Virus record (IMG/VR): IMGVR_UViG_3300037010_001227
Location: 149,190-213,189 of that record
Reading direction: 5' to 3' (one strand)
Length of the DNA: 64,000 nucleotides
Position 1 is the first letter of the stretch. Each line of letters opens with the position of its first letter. Of this stretch, positions 1 through 9,767 are shown piece by piece. A program made the position numbers and the translations under genes. The notes under the pieces are model-generated. The model was not told the DNA's origin and did no database searches. It saw only the letters and a list, made by a program, of their open reading frames with translations.

Positions 1-528
1 TAGAGTTTTTACTATAATGTTTTAAAAAATGTTTTTTAAGTGTTTCACAAAACTGTGTGGTTCCAAGAATAGAGATAGATAGTTGCCCAGCTTTAGTCAT
101 ATTTACAGAACCGTTACCATCAAAATAACCACGAACAAAGTGTGGTATTAGAGAATCTGGTAGAAACGTTGGAAAAGTTACTTTAAGACTTTTGGCTTTT
201 ACTAATCCCAACGTTTCTACCTGCTTACTAATATGTTTATTGGTTATAGATAGACAATATGTTGCTTTAGATTGATACTGTTTATCTTTAACTGTATTCA
301 ATCTTGAGGGTCTAAAGGTTAATGGTTTTGGTGTGTAATATGGATAAGATTGCTTAACTGTTCTAAAAGAGTTTTATCTGATTCTGTTAATATAAGTCTT
401 ACAGAATTGGTTTCTGGACTATTACAACCATCAGCATATAGAATACCAAGAAAATATGCTTTTTCAGGTGTATTAATACTATCAAAATAATCTTTTTTGA
501 GTTGATATTTTCTACTTCGCTCATTCAT
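1..528 (-). pseudogene. Double-motif LAGLIDADG homing endonuclease, frameshifted near 335, running off the window start
   Basis: ORF 319..528 has AYFLGILYADG. A second frame read manually continues ...LIPHFVRGYFDGNGSV... to the window edge. Confidence 0.85.
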
Positions 529-690
529 AGATATAATAGTTACATTTTGGTTTTCAAAAAATTAAGTAACCCTGTGCAAGAAACACCATAATCTGGAGCC
601 ATTGATAGTGCTAACTCACCATTTACATATCTACTAATCAACCCATCTTTTACAGCTAATAACTTTGATACTGCTGGCATACTATTAATT

Positions 691-996
691 GTGTTTGGAA
701 GGTTACCATGGAGTAAAATAATGAAACTACCTCAGTTGTCTCCCTTGAATTTTACTTATTGCTCTTGGGAAGCTGGTGCATTTCATAAAGAACTTGGCAT
801 TGAACTACGGTATGAAAAACTAAATCAAGAGCATGTTCGACGTGTATTTAAAGAACATGCTCTTGGTTGGTGTCCTGCTGAGAAATTAACAGTAAGACCT
901 AAAGTTGATCATGTTGCAATAATGCTTGAAGTTCAAGGTCAACTTGGATGGTTTCATTTGACCAATAATGAATTTAATCTAATATTTGGAGATTAA
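691..996 (+). CDS. Hypothetical protein (likely start ATG 721)
   Basis: ORF track; GGAG before ATG 721; abuts the next ORF. Confidence 0.65.
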   Translation: MFGRLPWSKIMKLPQLSPLNFTYCSWEAGAFHKELGIELRYEKLNQEHVRRVFKEHALGWCPAEKLTVRPKVDHVAIMLEVQGQLGWFHLTNNEFNLIFGD

Positions 997-1272
997 ATGT
1001 TTACTCCTTGGGATATAAATCAACCACCAGATTTTGTAAATGAGTTGGGTATTAAATGGTGGTTTGACGCTGAAACTACTAAGTGGGCACACAGAAAGGA
1101 TTCTAAAGGAATTTCTCTACCTGATATTCATTGTTTTTTCATTGAAAAACCTGATGGCTATAAATCTCGTGTTTTAATTCAAAATAATAAAGACATTTAT
1201 GAATCTCAGTCTCTTGAAGCAGTTGCTTGTCGTATTGACATTTTAAAATGCATTAAACAAGAAGAAGTATAA
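997..1272 (+). CDS. Hypothetical protein
   Basis: ORF track; translationally coupled to the previous ORF. Confidence 0.7.
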   Translation: MFTPWDINQPPDFVNELGIKWWFDAETTKWAHRKDSKGISLPDIHCFFIEKPDGYKSRVLIQNNKDIYESQSLEAVACRIDILKCIKQEEV

Positions 1273-1559
1273 ATGAAAATATGACTCCTAGTTAAACTTT
1301 AAATATATCTTATACTGAAAGTCTTAAAAATCTGTTTGGTGAGATAAAACTTATTATGCTGTTTAAATGGAGTATTTTAAGTTATAATCCTGTAATAAAT
1401 TCAATCAACCTTTTAAAATACACTGAAGGTATAAAAGAAATTACAGTATTTAAACTAGGTGGATTTTAATAAAGGATGTAAAAATAGTAATTATTGGTAA
1501 ACTCGTGCTGTTGAATCAGCAGTCAAACTATTATTTCGTTCATTTCGTAGGAGATCAAT

Positions 1560-1958
1560 ATGAATATCCACCAAAAATACTATAGTAAGACTATGGAAGA
1601 AATGCTTACTTTAACAGAATGTGCTGTTCGTGCAGATTCTTATTCATCTCGCATGCTTTGGGTTGAAAATAGAACTCATTTTGATCCTAAACATATCAGA
1701 ACTTGGGAACAAATCAATTTTGGATTTAGTCCAACTATTGATTATGTTAAACTGACAAATTCAGAATATACTGATGAAGAGTATCCAATTTGTGTGGAAT
1801 TGTTTTGGGCTGAAGTTTCTAGCAAACTGATCCTTTTTTATCATTGTTGTTCCATGGTGTCACACTATGCAATTGTAGAAGAGTGGATTGACAAGATGTG
1901 CCCAAATAAGAAACATAAAACTGATGCAATGAATTTTTATACTTGTTTTAGAGACTAA
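1560..1958 (+). CDS. Hypothetical protein
   Basis: ORF with AGGAG SD upstream. Confidence 0.75.
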   Translation: MNIHQKYYSKTMEEMLTLTECAVRADSYSSRMLWVENRTHFDPKHIRTWEQINFGFSPTIDYVKLTNSEYTDEEYPICVELFWAEVSSKLILFYHCCSMVSHYAIVEEWIDKMCPNKKHKTDAMNFYTCFRD

Positions 1959-2272
1959 ATGCATTATATACTGGATTTTAATTTCATCTATTTTCTATGC
2001 TTGAGAATACTTTTCTAACCGGTATACTCTTGAACCTAGAATACCTTGGGTGCTATTAGTAGTAACATCATATTCTATTGGAGTTCTTTTATGGCTACCT
2101 GCTGCAATACATCAGAAAAATCATTTGAGTATAGCAAGCACTATTTGGCCTGTAGTTGCATTAACAATGACAGTTTTAATAGGCTTGTTTTTATTTAATG
2201 GACATTTGAGTTTAGTAAATTAGATAGGACTCTTTCTGGGAGTAGTAGCAATACTATATTACTAAGTGTATA

Positions 2273-2689
2273 ATGGACAAAACACTATTTAAATCAACTG
2301 GTAAATTACATTACTCAATAACAGATGTAGGATACAAATTAATAGTTGCTGTAGATCCTGGAATAGCGATGTATTATCGTAGTATGATTCCCAAATACAT
2401 CGCTATTCCCAGACCACAGAAATATCCTACTCATATATCCGTTGTGAGAAAGGAAATCCCGCCAAATCTACAGTTCTGGGGAAAATATAACGAGGAACTT
2501 GTCGAATTTTTCTATAGCCCTGTTATCCATAATGACGATAGGTATTTCTGGCTTAATGCTTTTTGCACTCGTTTAGAGGATATTAGAGCAGAGTTAGGAT
2601 TACCTATATCCTCTAAATACACAAGACCTCCTACTGGGTTTGAAAAGTGTTTCCATATCACGATAGGTAATATAAAGGAAGTAAAATGA
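2273..2689 (+). CDS. 2H phosphoesterase family protein
   Basis: Two HxS/T motifs (THISVV, FHITIG) about 75 aa apart in a 138-aa protein. Confidence 0.7.
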   Translation: MDKTLFKSTGKLHYSITDVGYKLIVAVDPGIAMYYRSMIPKYIAIPRPQKYPTHISVVRKEIPPNLQFWGKYNEELVEFFYSPVIHNDDRYFWLNAFCTRLEDIRAELGLPISSKYTRPPTGFEKCFHITIGNIKEVK

Positions 2690-2962
2690 TTACCTTAGAC
2701 AAGGTTTTATTTAGTGTACTATTCATTATCTACATAGTACTAATAGAGCTTGTGTAGCGGTAGAAACATTAAATTTGGTTTCTCTACTTCAGGAATAGCT
2801 GATATAATTGAGAAAAGAAACTATTATTTGAAACAGTAACCATTAGCGATGAACAACAGGTCTTAAATATCCCTGCCTGCCATTTCAAGCGATATTGCGG
2901 TGGTGCAGGTAATTGGAAGATTCATACTAACTTTTAATCACAAATCTCTTTGAGGTAAGAAA

Positions 2963-3169
2963 ATGGCAGAGGGCCAGACAATACCAAAACTCTATATGGT
3001 AATTGGTATGTTCAACGATAATATTTATGGTAAACATACCTCTTATACAGACGCTTCAAAACAGGCTTCTGACCTCTGTAAAACTGCTCCAGACAAAGAT
3101 TTTATTGTATTTGAAGCAGTTACTCGGCATAAAGCTGTTCTTATGGTTGAATCTATACCTATGAGATAG
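2963..3169 (+). CDS. Hypothetical protein
   Basis: ORF with GAGG SD. Confidence 0.65.
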   Translation: MAEGQTIPKLYMVIGMFNDNIYGKHTSYTDASKQASDLCKTAPDKDFIVFEAVTRHKAVLMVESIPMR

Positions 3170-3393
3170 TTATGAATCAAATTATTGTAACTTACTTTTT
3201 TTACAATGGTAATTCAATCTTTAGTTAAACTTGCGGGCACGGCAGGCGGCAGTGGTGGGTTCTATCCCTGTAAATGGAGATAAAATGAAGATAAAGTGAA
3301 GATTACTTGTAGTATTGCACTATAAGTAACTGATAGAATTTGGCTAATTAATCAAAATGGAACAATAGAACTTTATGCTACTTTGGAGCAATA

Positions 3394-3774
3394 ATGACAA
3401 AGGAAGAGATTGATAAACTTGCCATTATTTATAAAGGCAATAACATTGGATATTTAAATCCAACTCTTATCAAGAAAAACAGTATTACAGACAACGAAAT
3501 AGAAGAGTTAAAACGTCTTCATTGTATCAAAGCTCATATTTTTGAGCAAATGGAGAAAACAGACGATCCAAAGTTACTCAAATCATTTGCTAAAGATGTA
3601 ACAGAAACAGAGTTTGCACTTCAAAAAACCTGGCGTTTCATTCCTGATGAAACAATGCATGAATGGTATAAAGTTCCTAAATGCCAATGCAGTAAGATGG
3701 ATAACGCAGAACGACGTGGGACAAAATACCAAGTTATTAATGGTAATTGCCCTGTTCATGGTAGTGCAGAATGA
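3394..3774 (+). CDS. Hypothetical protein with C-terminal Cys/His cluster (CQC...CPVH)
   Basis: ORF with GGAG SD. Confidence 0.7.
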   Translation: MTKEEIDKLAIIYKGNNIGYLNPTLIKKNSITDNEIEELKRLHCIKAHIFEQMEKTDDPKLLKSFAKDVTETEFALQKTWRFIPDETMHEWYKVPKCQCSKMDNAERRGTKYQVINGNCPVHGSAE

Positions 3775-3885
3775 TTACATTACCGTTCTATACAGTAGTG
3801 GAGAAGTTCTGTTTCTAAGTGAGATAGTAGAAGAAGTATATGGCTGGCTTCCAATTCCTGAATGTCCTTTTGCACCGGATAAATC

Positions 3886-4077
3886 ATGACCCCGCGAAGA
3901 AAAGAACTTATTAACGGAGTTAAAATAGAAGAATACTATTGGGCAGGTGATTATCCATGTTATGTTGATAATCTTTTGTCTAAAGATTCTTATAATATAA
4001 CAAAAGAATTGTTATTATCTGGTAAAAAACCAAACTTAGTCACTGCACCTAGGAGAAATAATGAAGATTGCTGCTGA
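3886..4077 (+). CDS. Hypothetical protein
   Basis: ORF overlapping the start of the next gene. Confidence 0.55.
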   Translation: MTPRRKELINGVKIEEYYWAGDYPCYVDNLLSKDSYNITKELLLSGKKPNLVTAPRRNNEDCC

Positions 4078-5065
4078 TAAGATTGTATTTAGTGGCCTTG
4101 CTGGTTCCAGACTTTATGGAGTAGCTAATGCTAACTCGGATACAGACATTAAATGCGTGTTTGCACATAGTTTAGATGGTCTTATTTTGAATGAAAAAGA
4201 CACGGATAGAATAAAAGATCCTTCTGTAAATAGTGAGACTGAGTGGTTTTCAATTAGAAAGTTCTCCAGCCTTCTTGCACAGAACCAGACTGTAGCAATT
4301 GAACTTCTATTTATTCCACAGTCTCATATTATTACTACATCAGCAGCTTGGGAAGAACTTCTTGAGAATAGAGATAAGATTATCTCCAAAAACATTATGC
4401 CTTTTGTAGGATATGCACGAAATCAGGCTCGTCTATATTCTGTAAAGGGTGATAGACTTGAATTTCTGCATGAAATTAAAAAACTTGTAGAACAATTCAA
4501 GAAAACTTGTGTTGCTTTAGAACCAACTTGTATTGGAATTACAGAATATCTAAATACATTTGATATTCTTGATACATGGATTGATAAGGATTTTATTTCC
4601 TTTGAAACAAGAAAAACACCTAATGGTAAAGATAACAAAATGGTGATGATTCTTGGGCGAGGGTTTGAAGAATTTTGCACTCCAGACCTCTGGTTAGAAC
4701 GAATCGAAACTCAAATCAATAAATACGGTGAACGTGCTGAAATGGCTGAAGAAAACAAAGGCCATGATTTAAAGGCAACTTACCATGCTGTTAGAATCAT
4801 TCAAGAAGCAATGGATCTTCTTGATACTGGAATATTAGAGTTTCCGCGACCAGAAGCTCAGTTACTTCGTGAGATTCGTAATGGTAAGTATGATTATCGT
4901 TACACTTGTGATCTAATTCAGGCTATGACTAAAGAATTAGAAATCAAAATGACAGCATCTACTTTACGAGAAACTCCAGACAAGAATTGGTTAACTTCTT
5001 GGGCACTTCGTTATCAACGTGCTTATGTTGTAGATGATTTTGAAGTTATCGCTAAAATCAATTAG
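4061..5065 (+). CDS. Pol-beta superfamily nucleotidyltransferase, RlaP/Nuc-transf-like
   Basis: GSRLYG...SDTD motif; C-terminal helical region with HAVRI and FPRPEA typical of this family. Confidence 0.8.
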   Translation: MKIAADKIVFSGLAGSRLYGVANANSDTDIKCVFAHSLDGLILNEKDTDRIKDPSVNSETEWFSIRKFSSLLAQNQTVAIELLFIPQSHIITTSAAWEELLENRDKIISKNIMPFVGYARNQARLYSVKGDRLEFLHEIKKLVEQFKKTCVALEPTCIGITEYLNTFDILDTWIDKDFISFETRKTPNGKDNKMVMILGRGFEEFCTPDLWLERIETQINKYGERAEMAEENKGHDLKATYHAVRIIQEAMDLLDTGILEFPRPEAQLLREIRNGKYDYRYTCDLIQAMTKELEIKMTASTLRETPDKNWLTSWALRYQRAYVVDDFEVIAKIN

Positions 5066-5609
5066 GATTATATAATGAGCCGACGAGATGTGCAAGTAAT
5101 TGATGATCGTTATGATATTCTTACTAAAGAGAATGCAGAACTAAAACGTTAATTAATTGCCATTTCGTCGGTAGCTAAATAGCTTGACAGCATGAGAGAT
5201 AATGAAAGTGCTAAATTGAAAGCTGAGATAGTTGACATAACTCTTTATGTTGACGAGGCTACACTAACTCGCACTAAAATGTTAGCTGAACGCAGATATG
5301 GTCTTGTTTATTATTATTATAAAGCTGTTGTTTTAGTAGGACAGCAAGCCAGTCTTAATTTTTAAGGGTTTACTGGAACATAGCCCAAACGAACCTTGGT
5401 ATACGGTTAACTGGGCTTTGGTAATGCTGTAAAATACCTTATTAGTTGTAGTAAATATATACCTTTTACTTCTACAACTAAAAGATATTCACATATTACG
5501 AGAAATCCAGTATGCAGATTACAACTAACAAAAACAATTATTAATTTGTTTAAAAACAATTTTGTGTAAATAACAATTTACCTGTTACGAACAGAAAATG
5601 GAATAATAT

Positions 5610-6209
5610 ATGATATTCATAACAAGTGACTTACATATAGGACATAAGAGGATATTGGAATTATGTCCTAATCGACCGTTTAAAACTGTCGATGAAATGA
5701 ATGAAAAATTAGTAGAAAACTTTAATGACGTTGTATTAAAAACAGATATTGTCTATTGTCTTGGTGATTTCTGTATGGGAGATAGAATACAAAATCTAAA
5801 ATATCTTTCAAAGTTCAACGGACAGTGGCATTTAATCGCAGGCAACCACGATTATCCTTATGATCATCGAGATAGGGAAAAGTGGTTAAAGATTTATTCT
5901 GATGCTGGCTTTGAATCAATTCAAAGAGTAGCTGTGCTAACAGATGTTAAACTTAAACACTGGACAAAACCCATCCGACTACAACACTTTCCTTTGCTTG
6001 AAGCCGGAATCCAGGATCATATTGATTCCAAAGTCAGGTTTGCACATGACAGGCTTCCAGATAATGGTAGCCTTCATCTTTCTGGCCATACTCATAGTAC
6101 TAATAAAATAGCGTGTAAAAATAATATTCATGTTGGTTGCGATGCCTGGGATTTTCGTCCTGTAAGCATCATTGATATTATACACCTTCACAATGAGCAA
6201 GGTTGGTAA
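5610..6209 (+). CDS. Calcineurin-like metallophosphoesterase
   Basis: SDLH, LGDF, GNHD, GHTH motifs. Confidence 0.9.
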   Translation: MIFITSDLHIGHKRILELCPNRPFKTVDEMNEKLVENFNDVVLKTDIVYCLGDFCMGDRIQNLKYLSKFNGQWHLIAGNHDYPYDHRDREKWLKIYSDAGFESIQRVAVLTDVKLKHWTKPIRLQHFPLLEAGIQDHIDSKVRFAHDRLPDNGSLHLSGHTHSTNKIACKNNIHVGCDAWDFRPVSIIDIIHLHNEQGW

Positions 6210-6439
6210 TGACCCATTGGAGATTGTTTTTACTACCAGAAGGTCCATTTTTTGAACGGCAATTTATAACAAAAGAAGCTGTCGTTCTCTTTATAAGAGA
6301 TAATTTATTTTTTTGTTCCAATATTAAGAAGCCTTATAATAAAGATTTCTTAATCGCGGCGCCCGATATGGTTTCATTTATTCCAGAAGAATATACTGAG
6401 ATAGAAAAATGTTTATTAGAAATAGTGGAGGTAGAATAA
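6203..6439 (+). CDS. Small hypothetical protein, paralog family
   Basis: ORF; N-terminal WRLFLLPEG; C-terminal LLEIVEVE. Confidence 0.65.
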   Translation: MVMTHWRLFLLPEGPFFERQFITKEAVVLFIRDNLFFCSNIKKPYNKDFLIAAPDMVSFIPEEYTEIEKCLLEIVEVE

Positions 6440-6679
6440 ATGTATGCAATAATTCATTTGGGGACATCTGAACGAGTTGTTGAATCCACCAATAAAAATT
6501 GGTTACACAATATTGTTGATGGGTTCAAGATTTGTAAACATAATAAAACATACAATTGGAGAATAGTCCGTCCTGAATATAATGTAACCAAGATAGATTA
6601 TACTGTTTATTCTAAGTGTGAGTTTGAGATAATGTCAATTGAACATTCTACGGGAGATAAACTCTGTTATGGCATATAA
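6440..6679 (+). CDS. Small hypothetical protein, paralog family
   Basis: ORF; YAIIHL...KCEFEI. Confidence 0.65.
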   Translation: MYAIIHLGTSERVVESTNKNWLHNIVDGFKICKHNKTYNWRIVRPEYNVTKIDYTVYSKCEFEIMSIEHSTGDKLCYGI

Positions 6680-6914
6680 ACTTTTTCATATCCCAGAATC
6701 TACTTTCGTTGAATTTCTATTTGACGGAATTAGATCAAAAACCAACTGGAAAAAGTGGTTAAAAAATAACAAAATTTGTTATTATCCAAAAGCTAAAGCA
6801 TATGGTTGGAGGAGTAATTCTTGTGCAAAAAAGGTTACTAGTTATCCAGGTAAAGATATAATTCTACTTAACAGTAAAGAATTTGATATTATTGAGGTAA
6901 AAGATGCAAAATGA
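6639..6914 (+). CDS. Small hypothetical protein, paralog family (likely start ATG 6669)
   Basis: ORF; YKLFHIP...KEFDII. Confidence 0.65.
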   Translation: MNILREINSVMAYKLFHIPESTFVEFLFDGIRSKTNWKKWLKNNKICYYPKAKAYGWRSNSCAKKVTSYPGKDIILLNSKEFDIIEVKDAK

Positions 6915-7188
6915 TATTAAATGGGCACTGTTTCATGTGCCTAAGTCAGATGTTATATTTGTATCAGAAACAAGACACTTCATTGAAGAAACTCTGAATA
7001 ACTATTGTATATACCTTCAAAATGGTGTATACTTTTACACAGCACAAGAAGATTTTCCTCATAAAGAAAAGGAAGCAATCAAGCTTGATAAAGCTGAGTT
7101 TGATCTTCTCAAAATTCAAGTATTACAATCAACGGACACGGTATTTTCTTACAAGGTTTTAGAGCACGCTAAAATGGACAAAAAGTGA
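6904..7188 (+). CDS. Small hypothetical protein, paralog family
   Basis: ORF; WALFHVP...AEFDLL. Confidence 0.65.
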   Translation: MQNDIKWALFHVPKSDVIFVSETRHFIEETLNNYCIYLQNGVYFYTAQEDFPHKEKEAIKLDKAEFDLLKIQVLQSTDTVFSYKVLEHAKMDKK

Positions 7189-7369
7189 GCTTAAGCAGCT
7201 ATTTGCATCACGATTAAATAAAGAACAATTTGCCTCTAAGATGGCAGAACGTGGAACTCATATTATAACTCCTGATATGGCTTCTACATTAGACTATCGG
7301 ACAGATCGATCAAGATTCTTTGTTAAGCTTGATCCAACTGGTATTGTTATTGGAGGAGATTTTGGATGA
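7174..7369 (+). pseudogene. Peptidase inhibitor I78/potato-inhibitor-like small protein, interrupted by one extra A
   Basis: Manual translation: ATG GAC AAA AAG TGA; removing one A gives MDKSELKQ...IITPDMASTLDYRTDRSRFFVKLDPTGIVIGGDFG*. Confidence 0.5.
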
Positions 7370-7597
7370 CTGGAACTGCTTGCTCATTACTGATATTCAA
7401 ATGAATGGACCTGAAAGACTGTTAATAGGACTCTATCAAAAAAAGTATTGTGAACAGATAAAACTGGAAGAGTGAAAATAGCAGTTAACAAAAGTAATGA
7501 AATAGCATGGTCATACTGTTTCATTACTGCAAGCGACTTTAATAATAGATTCCTTGCCTCATGAATATGACTATATTAAACATTGTAATAGGAGGGT

Positions 7598-8602
7598 TTG
7601 ATGAATGTTACGCAGAACTTGATCAACAACATCCTTAAAGCTAAGACAGTTTACTATCATTCTGGTTGTCCAGACGGTATTATTGCAAGGGAGTTTATTT
7701 TTCGAACATTAACTGAAGGTATGAATAAACCTTGCACGGCTGTGTTTGAACCATATTTTCCTGGTAATAAGTTGACTGTAACTGACAACTGTGTTTTCAT
7801 TGATGTTGCTCCAATTCAAGAGCAATATGAAGACTTTTTAAAAGCTGGTAGTGTTATTATGGACCACCATATTACCAATAAGCCAAGCAATTATGATGAG
7901 CTGGATATTGCTTATCCAGATCAACTTAGATTTGGTCTGAATGCAAACAATGAGAGTGGAGCCCAACTTGCTTTTGAATGTTTGGAGTTTCACCTAAAAG
8001 CAAAGGGCTATATTGGCTTTACAGGTAGTATTGAACGACATATTGCCAATCTTATTGCGATTGGTGATTGTTGGGATACTAAAAGTCCTTTTTTTGAAAA
8101 AGCCAGATTCCTTGGTCAATACATTGCAATGTATGGGAATGATTATGACAAAGGTATCCCTGGACAAAACTTCATTGAACAAGCCTACGAATATGGTAGA
8201 CTAAGAAAGAGAAGTTTTGAGCGGACGGTCAAGAAAGTTATTATCCAACAGTTTTCAATGAGTGTTCCTGAAAGAGTAATGAAAATTGCTTTTATGAACA
8301 CTCATGATGGAATATCTGATGTGTCTGAAATACTTAGAATAGAACAGAATATTGATCTAATTGTTGGTTGGATTATCCAAAAGATACTGATTGACGGTGT
8401 TCCAACTGACGTAATTTCTTACTCACTTCGATCTAATGACAAGTTTGACTGTTCTAAGTTTGCTAAATACTGCAATATTCGTGGTGGAGGTCATCCAAAA
8501 GCAGCTGGATTTATTATCAACCTATCTGAAACAAACAGACTTAATGGTATGGATTATTTTATGCAACTTCTAGCTACTTACTCACCTAAAAGTTATGTTT
8601 AA
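7598..8602 (+). CDS. DHH/DHHA1 phosphoesterase (NrnB/nanoRNase-like)
   Basis: YYHSGCPDG, VIMDHH, SLRS, GGGHPKAAG motifs. Confidence 0.85.
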   Translation: MMNVTQNLINNILKAKTVYYHSGCPDGIIAREFIFRTLTEGMNKPCTAVFEPYFPGNKLTVTDNCVFIDVAPIQEQYEDFLKAGSVIMDHHITNKPSNYDELDIAYPDQLRFGLNANNESGAQLAFECLEFHLKAKGYIGFTGSIERHIANLIAIGDCWDTKSPFFEKARFLGQYIAMYGNDYDKGIPGQNFIEQAYEYGRLRKRSFERTVKKVIIQQFSMSVPERVMKIAFMNTHDGISDVSEILRIEQNIDLIVGWIIQKILIDGVPTDVISYSLRSNDKFDCSKFAKYCNIRGGGHPKAAGFIINLSETNRLNGMDYFMQLLATYSPKSYV

Positions 8603-8780
8603 TATAGAACCACATGCATTTAGCAAACGAATTAAGATGATGCCTTATGTGGTTTGTTCGAAATGTGGTATGGTGAAACTAAATAACCCATTTTCTTTAT
8701 GGTGTATTAGAATGGGTTGTGACCACGAAGAACATCCAGACTATAACAATCAACGAAGTAAGGCATTACATGTATCTTGA
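8595..8780 (+). CDS. Small Cys/His-rich hypothetical protein
   Basis: CSKC...C...CDH; overlaps the upstream stop. Confidence 0.6.
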   Translation: MFNIEPHAFSKRIKMMPYVVCSKCGMVKLNNPFSLWCIRMGCDHEEHPDYNNQRSKALHVS

Positions 8781-9041
8781 ACTTGAATTACACAACAAGA
8801 CTTATACATCTATAAAAATAATAGATGTTAAGGATTCATAGGGACTTATTAATAGGTTTTCAATCAATTCATGAGTGGTCATGGATCTCTTAGTTTAAAT
8901 CTTATTAATGGTAATATATTAGTGTTAAGTAAGTAGCACCTAAATGCAGGAACACTCACAATCGTGGAATGATTTGTTTGTTGCTGCTATTACTAAACCT
9001 CACGGTTTCATCACATTTTCAATCCTTCTAAGGAGACTACA

Positions 9042-9482
9042 ATGGTAGAAGAGACACAGCCTAGAGATTACAGAGAGATTCGTAAGTGGATTAAGGGATT
9101 CCATCGGGGTTCTTATAATCTTATTGGGTTTCTGATGGCTTCTTATAATAAGGAAACTGAGTCAGTTAGAGTTGGTTGGAGTTTTTGTGCTCCAACAGAT
9201 GTTTTCAGTAAGAAAGTAGCTGAAAACATTGCTCGTGGACGTATCGACAAGATGACTACAGCTCGTATCCCCAAGCGTTATCTGGATGAAGTTGAAATAT
9301 TCGTTCAGACTTGCAAAGCATATTACAACACGAATGAAATCTATGTTTGTTGCGGTAATACTTGCGATACTGATCCAGGCTATTTTGATGAAGAAGATTG
9401 CAATTGTTCTATTTGTGATACGTGTGAGGATTTAGATTGCAAAGAATGTACAGAGTGTGATGGTTGTTCAGAGTATGATTAA
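9042..9482 (+). CDS. Hypothetical protein with Cys/Asp/Glu-rich C-terminal tail
   Basis: AAGGAG SD; 11 Cys in the last ~45 aa. Confidence 0.75.
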   Translation: MVEETQPRDYREIRKWIKGFHRGSYNLIGFLMASYNKETESVRVGWSFCAPTDVFSKKVAENIARGRIDKMTTARIPKRYLDEVEIFVQTCKAYYNTNEIYVCCGNTCDTDPGYFDEEDCNCSICDTCEDLDCKECTECDGCSEYD

Positions 9483-9767
9483 ACAAGCGGTAGGAGACTG
9501 TTAGTCAATGCTGAGGTCTAAATAACCAACTGTCAGAAGTGCCCAACTGCAAGACTGAAAGAACTCCTAAAGCAGGTTTTGCACACGAGTATTACGGTTC
9601 AAGTTCACCCTTTCAAACAACAGTAAGGAAAATGTCGTAATAATAGTAACGGGGTGGTATGTATAGTAAATAAACTTATTACAACAAATAGAACAATCTA
9701 AAATGGCCATCTGAAGCACCACACGGTAATCAGATATCAGATTGGTGTCCACTTTCACAGGAGAAAT

